The notes below the pieces were generated by a model that did not search any database, was not told the DNA's origin, and saw only the letters and a list, made by a program, of their open reading frames with translations. This document shows positions 50,401 to 62,168 of a stretch of 64,000 nt of DNA, piece by piece (within the stretch, counting starts at the first letter, position 1; every line of letters starts with the position of its first letter). This DNA is from Oculina patagonica (Eukaryota), in the NCBI RefSeq assembly GCF_052425735.1, contig NC_135770.1, positions 37,758,001 to 37,822,000 on the forward strand, read 5' to 3'. The position numbers and the translations under genes were made by a program.

Positions 50401-53400
50401 TCAGGAATACTCTAAGGCCCCTCAATAATTTAGGATTTTGTGAGGGGTGGCAACCTTAATTGTCAATGTTGCAACATATGATGTTACCCTTGAGAGATAT
50501 GTCTTTCAACTTCAAACAAATTTACGTGGTCATGAATGAACAATTTCCAGATAGACAAAAGATCAGCTCTCTGGAGAGCATCACATGATCTGAAATGGGC
50601 AATTTACTTAGTAACTAAAGAGGTCTATTATAAATATCAAGTAACATTGCTTGATTAAAATTAACATCTTATTCTAACTACCGGTAAATGTACTTCTCGA
50701 ATAAGATTTCAAGTACCCCGTTCTTGATGTTTGTTTCCCATCTGAGGGCCATCTTTTTAAGATCAAACATCTTTATATCTCCATTGTCATAGCCTGCTAC
50801 AACGGTACGCTCCTCTGTATTATATGCGTCACCTGTATTGTGTGAAAAAAATGCACAGGGTCTTGACATGAAGCACTATAGTCCAGGCATTTTATCGTCT
50901 AAAATAGGTCAACCTGTTACTAATTGCAACAGAAGGTTTTTTAACGCCTTTTGGTCCAGGAACATGTCCTCTATAACATGAGAAGCCTTTATTTAAATAG
51001 GGTTACTCCATCATATAAAAAGTCTCTGAAAATCTGAGCAGGGGAAGGTGACTAAAAACGGGTTTTTTAGAACCCTGTATAATGCAGCATGGAAACGAGG
51101 CTGCCTGTACTATCTGCTGGGTCACTTGAGTTTAATACCACATGCAGCATGGGCTAGCAGAGAGAGAATGAATTTCTCGTGTTTTCTTGATAGCTTAATC
51201 CAATTACATGTAGATTAGATCAGATTATTGCTAAAATAAGATTTTTAAATCTATAAAAATACACAAACTTGTAGAAAGCATCTGCGCTGTTGCCTATCCA
51301 GTTTGAGGTATTTAGCGTAGAAATTTGTCTTCCGCTAGCAGAGGTTAAATATAAAAAAGAAGTTTTTAAGCTAAAAGAAACGTGGATGTTATGTGCTAAG
51401 AATATGCAGTTCAAAAAAATTCAATGTGACCTGAGTAGTGAGTCCCAAATTGTGTTTCAACTCAGTGCACGAAAAACCGATGTTAATCTCACTCATCGCT
51501 TGCGCTTCGTGCGTTATCTTTTTCTTTGAACAAAAAATTTGCCTGAAATTCGTTATCACTGAAGACATACACTGTAAAGGTTCGGCAAGAATAGAACCAA
51601 ATGCAAACTTTAACAAAAATTCAAGAAAGCCAATTTAAGTGACATTATTTATGCAATCAACCTAGACATTCCCAAGTACCACAAAGCTGTATTAAAATAG
51701 AATTGAGATTTGTTTTGGGCAAAAAGCGCTCTTTATACATCTATCGTTGTCTTTATGTCTTTTACCCGTTCCGATCTGCCTATAATTTCAGAAAACAAGA
51801 TTCTCAACTATGGATGAGACACAGAAAAGTGTGTTATTTATAAAAAAAAAAACTTTGATGGCGAGGGCGAGGTCATAACACTAAAAGAAAAGGGAAGCGC
51901 GGGAATAAATCGGGCGAGCATAGAGCAAAATAATTCCATCACTACAGTTCTTGGGCAGCAGGTTCATCAGAACTGCCGGCACGAGTATTGCCTGCCAAGT
52001 AACATCAGGCGAGCCAAGAAAATTCTTACGTCTGAAACAACTAGTAATCGTCGCTCTCTAACTCGCCAAGCAGAACAATGTTTCTCATTCAAATCTGACT
52101 GGTTTATTTTGTGGCACCAAAGATGAGTTCGAGGTACGGAGAAAAAAACTGGGGGAAGTGTTCAGGGTTATAACAATTGAAAATTTGTTCAGAGAGAGGG
52201 GACGAGTGGTCTGATGCGATAAGAGCTAGGCTTCTAAATTTGCATGATTTGCCTGATGCTCACGCGGTTTACCACCAGATCTAGACCTGCAGTGTAAACT
52301 TCCGCACGAAGAGGAAATTACCTCAAGTTTATTAAGTGGATGAGCAACTGGCTGTCAAAAAAAGGAACGTGGTCGTCCCAGAATCACTCAAAGACAAACG
52401 CGAGGCCTTTTTTAAAATTACGAGGTTTCTTGAAGAAAATGACGGCGAGCAGATAACAGTGAGCGATCTAGTGGAGAAAATGGAAGAATATTTGAGTGAT
52501 ACAAATAGTGAAGCTTACCAACGGCAGCACACGAAAACCAAACTTTTTGAGCATTTTAGAGAAAAGATTTTGATAACGGATATTAACGGTAAGCCGAGCA
52601 TTGTAACCTTTCATACCACTGCCGCTGCAATTTTACAAGAGTTTTACGTACAGAAGGATGACATGGATATCGAAGAACAAAAAATGAACATCACAAAACA
52701 GCAGCTAAGCTGATAAAAAACAACCTCAAGTGGCAACTACCCCACGATAGACACCAATGCCGAATCTCATGTCCACTTTCTTCCTGCCACACTTTCTGCA
52801 TTTCTGGGAGTTCTCGTCTCAAAAAAATAATTCGTTGAAGGTAGCATCAATCGGGCAGGCCTTTGTTCAAGCTGCGCGGCCACGTGTCGTTATCGCACCT
52901 TTACAGATCGGGCTTGCAGTTCAGTTGCACCACAACTTTGCCTCGCACTTCCTTATTGACACCTTGCATCACCATGGGTTTTGTTCATCATACCAAGAAG
53001 TGCAAATGTTCACCCAGAATGCTGCGCTTAGCCAGGGAACTAATATTAATAGCATCTTTTAATGGCGAGTTTGACCAGTGCGTGTCTGACGATGTTGACC
53101 ACAACACTAGGACACTGGCCTGGTACTAAACGCTATTGTAATGTCCCACGACCCAAAGTTACTGCAGAAGAAATCTCGACAACTGGAAGGGTAGAGAGTC
53201 ATCCATGTTGACCCAGTCAGGTGAAAAAGCACTCGTGTCACTTGTCGGTGGAAAGACAAGGGGTTGGTCTTGACTCTCTCAGGTATCAGCTGTACTTTGA
53301 GATGCTTGCAACAAAGACATCTCATATATAGCCACAGAATCTCCCCCAAAGTGCAGCAGTGGCCCGATGTCGATCAAGGGCTGGGGATGGAACATCATTG

Positions 53401-56400
53401 GCGATCAATTGGTTCCTGTTGCGACGGACTTGCCGCCTGCACCAGACTCCCTTCTACAGTTAATCCGATGCAACTGTTTGTCTGACTGCTGCACTATGAG
53501 GTCGTAAGAAAGGTATGCAGTGTCCTCCATCCTGCGGCCAGTGCAAAGGGTACGCGTGCACTAATTTTACCAACGCCCTTGACTACGAAAGTGAAGATTC
53601 GGAAGTCAATTCAAGTATGACTCTATCTCTAGCATGAAAGATAAGGGATAAACATGTCTTGGCCAATGTAAACTTTCGAATAACTCAGCATTATTTTTAA
53701 AAATTGCTCTTTTATAGGTCTTTATTTTAAGATTACGGCACAGGAAACATTCTATTAAGAGTATGTTCTTAGTTTGGAAGAAAAGGCATGATAAAACAGC
53801 CGTAAACAGCAACTTCCTGTTTATAGCCTCGTTTTCATGTTGCAGCAGAAAGCGAGTTAGACGTTGATTGTATTTGGAGGTGTTCCCACGCTTGAATCTT
53901 TAGAGACTTTTAGTATGTTAATGTATATGTTATTTCTAACTGGTTTACAATGAAAAAGCTTCTGTTGCAATTAGTATCAGGTCTGATTACAAAATGCCTG
54001 GACTACTACTCATTGTAAATACTGTACGAACAAATTAAAAAACAGAAAGGCTGACCGTACGGTGGAGGGATTGAACTTGTATATTTTCTTCCAATATTTC
54101 GTCAGGCACGGCCTGACTTTTGCCCTGATGAAGTCAGGCTGTGACTGACGAAATATTGGAAGAAAATATACAAGTTCAATCCCTCCACCATACAGTCAGC
54201 CTTTCTGTTTTTTAATTTGTTTGTACAGTATTTATACAATTTGCTGATCAGATCCACCAGGATCAGGTTCTTTGTGTTGTCCGTTGGCCCTTTCTGACTT
54301 TCTCAAGTTAAAAGTGTTCATTGTAAATGATTACTCAGGGTGCTAACATACCCAAAATACAGACCAAATTGAAAGCTGCCATTGTTAAACTTAATTTAAG
54401 ACTCTCACATTTATATGGCATTTCTTTCATTAAACCAAATATGCCTTAAAGAAGGACGTTTATGCTTCCCTAGCTTGTGTTTGACAATTTTATGGCAAGA
54501 GATCCAGCAAAGAGCACAAGTTCACCTGGGTAGTACTTAATATGGTGCAATAGAACAATGTCACGCAACGTGAAACAGTAACGCAACAGTGACACTAAGC
54601 AGATAAACAAAAGAAATATAGTCGTACCAAATGCCACACACCAGCAATCACGTCCCTCTTCACCTTCAGCTGGGGACATGTTAGCCACAGGTTTGTCCTT
54701 TTGACGAGGATCCCAAACTTTTACAGATCCTAACAAGATCACAAACAATTGAAAAGATAAAACCATTATTTCAAATTTTAACTTCAAAATTACAGTTCTA
54801 CCAATTAATATTAAAGTACCACTCATAAATAACCAGCTGACAAGGAGCACGTTCATGAACACACACAGAAAGCAAATGGAACAGGCAAGGGAATCGGAAT
54901 AGAAAAGGATACTGAACACATAAGAAATGGGTGTGGAATGGGAACAGAAAGCATTCTATTCAGCATTCCTTGCTAATTCTGAGCAATACTGTAGTGTAGT
55001 TTGTACAACTTTTCATTATTTTCTTAATTTAATTTTTGGACTAAATTGAAGCTCCCTCCTTGATCCATTCACTCAGAAAACCTGGGCGGCATACATATCT
55101 GAATCAAATTGCTGCGAATGCTAATTATTTTCCATTCTGTAAATGCACATGTATACTTTGTTTCCAACACACTAAATGGTTTTAGCCTTGGAGTATCTGC
55201 ATTTCATAATAGTGATGACCTGTAGTCCAGAGAAAGGCTGCTCTTGGTCAGCAGTGACTGACAGTGTAACAACAGAGAAAAGAACCCTGATGCTTCTAAT
55301 ATATTTATTCTCGCCCCAGCAGCTCATCAAAATAAGGTACATTCATTGCACAACAGCTTACCGTCTCGACTTCCAGTAACTATCTCTGGTGCTCCCTCAC
55401 CAATACCCTGGCCTCCAACACCGTCTATAGCATTGACTATTTGTGAATGAGCTTTCACAGAATAAACTGGCCTCTCTGTGTTCTCTAGGTTCCTGCAAAG
55501 AATGATAACAAACAAAGTTTACCAGGCATTCTGGACGTAATTAATCTGTTAAGTAAACCCATTTTAGGGTTCAAATCCCCCCATCAGCAAGAGTTTTCAC
55601 TCTAATGTCAGGTTTGATATATAGAGTATTTCATTTCATCAGCACATATCTGGGTTCTAGATAAAGGCAAAATATCAAAAAATTCCAACAGGGGAAAAAG
55701 TTATTAGCCTTCTCAAATCAACAGATGTTTTCTACTAATTTGTCAGGTCTGTGGGTAGCTGACCTTGTCAAGTTTTATACCTGAGACCCTTCTCCTGTCT
55801 GGAATACTGATGTACAGGACTCAAATTGATCAGTTGACTTTACAAGTTCACTACTAATGGATATTCTAATTTATGCATTTACTAGACACTAAGCTGCTTT
55901 TACAATAAAGCTCTGTAAGTCAGCAGTCACCATTTTGATGTGTTCTTCAGAAGACACTTTACTCTCACAATGGAGGGGGACAGGGGGGCGGGAGCCCGGA
56001 AGAAAAGGGGCGGGAAGCGGGAGGAGAGAGGGTGGGAAGCGGGATTCTTAAGGTGGCGGGAACCGGGAGAAAATGAGTAAAATTTCACAACATTTCGTTA
56101 TATTTCGCAACGGACATGGAACAAACAGGAGAGAACAGCTACGGAAAGGGGCAGGAGGCAGGAGTAAAAGGTACGGGAAGCGGGAGTAAAAGGTACGGGA
56201 GGCGGGAGGTTCAGACCCCCCTGTCCCCCCCCCCCACCTCACAGTACTTCTCCAAACCTAGTACCATCAAACCTGAGAAAAAAACTGGGGGAAGAGGAAA
56301 GGGAGAATAGCCTATGATGACTAACATAAGGAGACTAATAATAACGTAAAATTCTGGTTATAAGCCGCTCCGGTTATAGACCCATCTACCTGAAAACAAA

Positions 56401-58358
56401 AAAAATACATCCGATTATAAGCCCCCGGATATAAACCCCTCTCTGCCAGTTGACAGTACTGAACAGGGCTAAATGTTGCTTTATTAAATGCATTTTTAAC
56501 TTTAAAAAGTATTCTGATCAACACTCCTGTGGATCGTTTCGAAATGTTTCTTTTATACCCTATAAGCCCTCCCGGATATAAGCCCCTCCACTTATAAGCC
56601 CACCCAAAACCCCTTACGAAGTTGTATAAGCCCAGGGCTTACACACCAGAATTTTACGGTACCTTATCCTAGTCACTTCAAGCTATGAAAACTGGGATAA
56701 GTTCTGGTGGCATGGGTTTAGTTGGGCCAAGTGTACATTAGTTGATAATTAAGTTAAAGAACTAAAGAATGACTACCACAAACCATATCATCATCTTGCC
56801 ATCAAAGTCTCCAGTTGCTAGATATCTCTGTTGTAAACTTGAAGCTCCAAATGTACCACATTTCAATGCTGTTCTTTTCTCATCCTGCCAGGGAAACAGC
56901 ATGTTTGCAAGTGTCCAATTTTAAAGAATAAACCTTCTGTTTATATGTCTTTATACTCTGACTAAAATTATAGCCACATCATTTTGCTCCAGAGATGGTA
57001 TATAGAACCCAAACCACAGCTCTCTGTCAGCCATTAAAGAGAGCGAAATGGCACGGCTATGATCTTCATCAGAGTATAAAGATAGGAAATTATCTTCATG
57101 AAATTGCTAATTATAAGCTCCTGAATAAAAATCCAAAGGAGCAACGTTAATATAATTTTTTTCTATTCACGAACACACTAGTGTCATTTCTATTCTTTAC
57201 ACTCTGAACAAGAAAAGTTTTTTTCTACAAGAAAGATCCCCGCAAAAATCTTAGGCCCGGTTCAAACGTCGAACTTTTCATGTGCCGAACCTAATACCTA
57301 TTTGGGTCGACCCAAATAATTAAGTTCGGCAGTTGATTCAAACGTCGCACTTTTTCATGTGCCGAACTCATTCTGTGCCCAGAGGAAAACAATGACTTCT
57401 CAAGTCGCGCACTTTATAAAATGAATTAACAAGAACACTGTTCAGTGGGAGAACATATCTCTTTGTGGTTTAAAATAGAATAAAAACAGCAGTTCTTGAA
57501 GTACAGTTGCCAGGCTTTGGTCAAATGTGTTTAGTATCAACCAGTTCTGTAATTTAACTACTACCTTTGGCTTCCAGTCTTGCTTTTTGTTTCCTTTCAT
57601 TTTAGAGATATATTCAAAAACAAAAGACGTAAACATGATACGAATGCAATCTACTAACAGCGAGAGTTTGAGCGTTGGAAAGCAATCATGATTATATTAT
57701 TTCGCGGTCCAGAGCGTTACGTGGCGCCTTAAATTTTATGCATGACCGCGTTCATGACCTCTCACTAGCCAATCACAAACCCTCTTATATTTACAAATAC
57801 ATTAGCGTAATTTATGCATTAGATTCGGCACATGAAAAGTGCGACGTCTGAATCAGTGTCGAACTTTTGCCGTTCTATCCGACTGGGCCTGTCGGATAGA
57901 ACGGCAGGTCGACCCGAATACAAATCTGTCGAACCTAATTGATTCAAACGTCGAACTTTTCATGTGCCGAACCTAATTAATAGGTTCGGCACATGAAAAG
58001 TTCGACGTTTGAACCGGGCCTTAGCTATTTTGTTATATAAGCTTCCTGAAGTCTGCATCGAACAGTTTTGCAAACTTTCTTCACACCGAAGTGATAAATT
58101 CTAGCAAATTTGTTTAATATTCTATAAAGCAAATAAATAATTTTGTCTAACGGCAAATAAAGGATAACAACGTAAACTCACATTCTTCAGGAGTTTGACG
58201 TCCCCTTTCGAAACTTCGTAGATTTGCAACGCGCCTGTTCCACGCGCATAGTTTCCGAGCACCACAAATCTCGCACTACAAGGAATCCATCTTGCATCAA
58301 ACAGCGTGTAATCTAACGATTTTACAACGTGTTCAATTATCTTCGGCTTATCTACCAT
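47403..58358 (-). CDS. WDR92: WD repeat protein 92 / dynein axonemal assembly factor 10; exons 58358-58182, 56884-56784, 55492-55362, 54729-54628, 50832-50717, 49961-49827, 49273-49176, 48635-48503, 47477-47403; 355 aa
   Basis: All GT-AG, frames consistent; peptides [77 protein letters not shown] match WDR92. Confidence 0.95.
50879..54005 (+). mobile_element. Decayed Academ-type DNA transposon in WDR92 intron 4
   Basis: TIR TAGTCCAGGCATTTT / AAAATGCCTGGACTA with subterminal ACTAATTGCAACAGAAG; 3-bp TSD CTA; frameshifted fragments [35 protein letters not shown] and a C-terminal Cys-rich IRCNC..DC..CGQCKG cluster. Confidence 0.75.
54021..54317. mobile_element. Penelope-like palindromic insertion containing a hammerhead-ribozyme-like motif
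   Basis: ~100-bp inverted arms (54017-54119 / ~54130-54233); CTGATGA-A-GTCAG-loop-CTGAC-GAAA at 54125-54153; 11-bp flanking direct repeat TCATTGTAAAT (54010-54020 / 54318-54328). Confidence 0.65.
56344..56659. mobile_element. Tc1/pogo-type MITE
   Basis: TA-ACGTAAAATTCTGG ... CCAGAATTTTACGG-TA; internal TATAAGCCC repeats. Confidence 0.65.
57254..58020. mobile_element. PIF/Harbinger-type MITE
   Basis: TIR GGCCCGGTTCAAACGTCGAACTTTTCATGTGCCGAACCTA at both ends; TSD TTA. Confidence 0.9.
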
Positions 58359-58580
58359 CTTCGTTCCTAGCTAGGGCAACCACCATTTGCAAATTATCCC
58401 AGGCGTTCTTTCCCAGTGCTCATAGTGCGCATACTTGAAACACATTTACCGCTACACGATGTTCCTCTTGAGCCTTCAAGAACCATAGGCACGCAAAGCG
58501 TACTGTACATGAGTTATTGTAAGGGTAAATGAGTAAAGGCTTGCCGTAAGTTGACCTTCTGCGATTTGTTGAGTTTATAC

Positions 58581-58850
58581 GAGGAGCAGGGATGGCCACA
58601 CTAATGTGTCGCAGGTTCCATTCCCGGACCCGGTGTCATATGTGGGTTGAGTTTTTAAATTCTTATTGGTTCTTCTTCTTGCTCCGTGGGTTTTTCCGGG
58701 TTCTCCGGTTTTCTTCCCTCCACAAAAACGAACAGTTCTAAATTCCAATTCGATCCTGGAATCAGTGTATGAGAATCCACTCTGTGGATATTCCACGGCA
58801 AATTCCCATTGATTTATTTATTTGTTTATTTTGTTTATTATTTATTTATG
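58581..58850 (+). mobile_element. tRNA-derived SINE
   Basis: Same family as 34349; ends in a TTTA-rich tail. Confidence 0.7.
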
Positions 58851-58959
58851 AGTTTAGAAAATGATCATTAAGAAACTTTTAGAAAGCCTAAACTGTCTAT
58901 TTTATAGCCCTCTTTCAGGGCTCGTCAACGCATAGGAGCTAGGAGGCTAGTGAGAATAC

Positions 58960-59120
58960 CCGATTCCCTCTTTAGCGTGCGCCTGCAGGGAATCACGGTA
59001 GTTGTATTCATCAAACCATGCGCGAGACTCAGCAACGATGCATGCCGCTGAGTCTCGCGCATGGTTTGATGAATACAACTACCGTGATTCCCTGCAGGCG
59101 CGCGCTATAGAGGGAATCGG
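58960..59120. repeat. Near-perfect 161-bp palindrome (hairpin MITE)
   Basis: CCGATTCCCTCT...GCGAGACTCAGC - 13-nt loop - GCTGAGTCTCGC...AGAGGGAATCGG; ~74-bp arms with 2 mismatches. Confidence 0.9.
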
Positions 59121-60064
59121 CCATTGGTCCGAACTGCAAACTTCAATGTCGTGGAATAATGGCTGCGTATGCATGTTCGCGCCATGTGCCATTTATATAT
59201 AGGATCCCTTCTTGCGCCCGGCCAGCGGCCACTCTCACATGTATATCCGTATCTCACCTAATTATACGTGATGACAGTTTCCTTTATTAACGAGGAATTT
59301 TTTTTACTTCATTTATACCAACTGTAATAATACTGTTCACAGCAAGATTCATGGTAGGACACATGCGCCACAGAGTAGGATGGTCATCCTCTCTTGCCGG
59401 TAAGGGGGAGGGGTAGGGAGGTGGCCATATCATTAAAAGAAATTAAACGGTATAACAGTCGTACCGGAATCGCGTTAAACTCGCAGCAAACTTAATATTC
59501 AACTCTATTGGATAATCATTGGTAGATCACAGCTTATAGTTACTTAGCTATAGAAATTAGGCCCGTCTCGATTGTGCTCGGCAACTTTTGAGAAACTTTT
59601 GGCGTTTGGAGCAACTTTTTGTAGTTCTAGCAACCTCGAGCAAATTTGCCTTTCTGAGCAACTTTTGAGTAAATTATAGGTTTGAAGCACATATCAAGCA
59701 CGAAAAAGTCAAGGATGTCACACAAAACGTATCAACCTTTTTGAGCACCTAACCTACTCTAACATGTCACTGGACATTTTGACCAGTTTCAAGCTATTTT
59801 TCTTGAGGGATGTTAGCAGTTATTGTGAAGAACGAAAATATCAAGAAATTTAGGTAGCAAACCCTTAGATACCCTATAAAATGATCAAGATCAAACAGGT
59901 ATGCCGCAAGTGTGGCTTTTAGATCAATTTATTACGATGCAGAACAAAGAATGATTTCTTTTAAGATTATTTTAAGAGCGTAAGCCGTTTAACGTTTAAT
60001 TCCGTGCCAGGCTTAACTTATAGCAAGTTCTTGTCTGAGTAAGTGATTATAGACTTTCATTCAG

Positions 60065-60742
60065 TCACTCTTCCTTAGTCTTTGCATCGTGGTCTTCATC
60101 GCTGCGGTTCAACTCTTTTATGGCCAAAATATCGCCGATCTTCCTCACCTCAGAAAACAGGTCCACACTCGCCATGGGTTCGTAATCTTCCGCTGCTTTC
60201 TCGGCGGCCTGTCGGACGTGCTTCGCGACTTCGGAGATAGCTGTGTCGAACTTGTCTCTGTGTCTCATTACAAAGGGACAGATGAGGAAGTTGTAAATGA
60301 CGGTTGTACCACTCCATGGGCCAGGAAACATGCACCAAACAAGCAAGAAAAACTTTAGCAGGTAATATAACGGAATCCATTCCAGAAAAATTTCCAAGAA
60401 ATTCACCGTGCTGAAAACCAGCCAGTATGTGAGCCATTTGGTGTCATCTGTCACATTACCAGTCTCTATTGCTTTCACTGACGCATAGGTTGGAAACACA
60501 AAGCCGAGGAAATAGCACAGAAAGTTTGCAGCATAACCAACAGCCAGGTAGAACAAGATGAAGCACAGGCCGCCCAGGAACAAAGTGTGTCTTTTGACAT
60601 TAGTTGCGGCCTCTAGTTTGTTTAGCAGGTCCGTGAATATGTTGCGCTGATCAAGGAGTTCATTAACTGCCTTGATGGACACGCTCCTTTTTACAGTCGC
60701 CACCAGGCTGGAACAAATGGACAATAGTCTACTCCCGTCCAT
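60065..60742 (-). CDS. Receptor expression-enhancing protein 5/6-like (DP1/Yop1, TB2/HVA22 domain), single exon
   Basis: GFVFPTYASVKAIET..DDTKWLTYWLVFS..WIPLYYLLKFFLLVWCMFP..SGTTVIYN is the DP1/Yop1 signature. Confidence 0.9.
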   Translation of the reverse strand: MDGSRLLSICSSLVATVKRSVSIKAVNELLDQRNIFTDLLNKLEAATNVKRHTLFLGGLCFILFYLAVGYAANFLCYFLGFVFPTYASVKAIETGNVTDDTKWLTYWLVFSTVNFLEIFLEWIPLYYLLKFFLLVWCMFPGPWSGTTVIYNFLICPFVMRHRDKFDTAISEVAKHVRQAAEKAAEDYEPMASVDLFSEVRKIGDILAIKELNRSDEDHDAKTKEE

Positions 60743-61978
60743 AATCCATGAGGATGTTCTTCAGCCTGAGCGGGCGAGCGACATCAGCTTAAGCTTTTGT
60801 TACGTAAGCTCTGACTGATTAAAATCCAATAATTAATTAATGATCTCACTAATAAACTCGATAATTATAATAACTCCGCACTCGCGCGACTCGCGCAAGA
60901 GTTGTATGCTCTCTTTCGTCTCGTTGGTGCAAAAATCGACCTAAAGCTGAAGAACAGAAGCGAACTGAAATGCAGACTCCAGACCCACGGTGCTAAAGTA
61001 AGTCGCGCGGTTGCGTAATGGCTAGACTTGCTCCAAGTCGCGCGTTTCGTGTCGATAGAGTTACTTCCAGGTTGAGTATGATTGCTTAAATAAATATAAA
61101 TATAAAATATAAAAAGTATATGTTTATAGTGGTCATGCACTTAGCTTCATATCTCAACGAGATATTTGTTCGTGCGTCGAGGGATGGCTCGGAACGAGCG
61201 ACTTGTGTCACTTGCAGGAAATCGATTCTAGCTGACGTTTTGCCGCGAAAAAGTTGTATCATTTCGTGTGCATTGAGTTGGTTTCTTTTATCGTGTTGAC
61301 GTCAGTTTCGTGTGCCGTGTGCAGTTGACGCGCGCCGTGGCGTGTGTTTAAATTGTGATTTTCTTTCCTTTATTGTGAGAAATTATAGTCATGGCCCTCG
61401 ACGGCTCTGCTCGCGTGTCTCGCGAGCAGAGCGCGCTAAGTTGACGAGAATTAAAGTAAGTTCGCGCGCAATAGTATGATTGACATAATTTCGATGACGT
61501 CACCGGTGGAAAAATCCACTGGTGACGCCACATTTCAGAATTGGCGCGCGGCAGGTGAGACAAGTCGCTCGTTCCGCCACGATCCTTCGCTGATTTGTTT
61601 TTCATGCCCGCGCGCGCCCTTCGTTTCCGTAACCAGCGGTCTCCTGCGAATCTAACGAGCGGCTTGGAGCAAGTCTACCTAATGGCTAGCACGCCTTTTG
61701 GATTCACGATCAAGATCAAAAGCCCAGGTTCGCGCGCCTCCTGGGGTCACTGTTTTGTGTTCGTGCACTTCCTGAGCGAGACACTTAACTCTTACAGCGC
61801 CTTCTTTTACCCAAAAGTGTAAATGAATAGTGATGAATAGTTATATAGGGTAACTTGACTATGCTGGGCTTACTGTGAAAATGCTATAACATCCCATGGG
61901 CTTTATGGTACAACAGCACTGATGAACTAGGATTGGATGAGAATTTTTAAATTCTCAAAAAGGGTTAAAACCCTTTTA

Positions 61979-62168
61979 CAGTCAACTCTCTCTAAAACGG
62001 ACACCTTCGGGACCGGCTGCAACTGTCCGTCTCAGAGAGGTGTCCGTCTTATAGGGAGTTTAGTTAAAGTAAAATGACTGAAAAACGGCAGGGACGGGAC
62101 CAACACCAGGTGTCCGTCTTCCAGAGGTGTCCGTCTTATAGAGGTGTCCGTTAAGAGAGAGTTGACTG
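61979..62168. mobile_element. Tc1/mariner-type MITE
   Basis: TIR CAGTCAACTCTCTCT..AACGGACACC / GGTGTCCGTTAAGAGAGAGTTGACTG; TA TSD. Confidence 0.9.
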
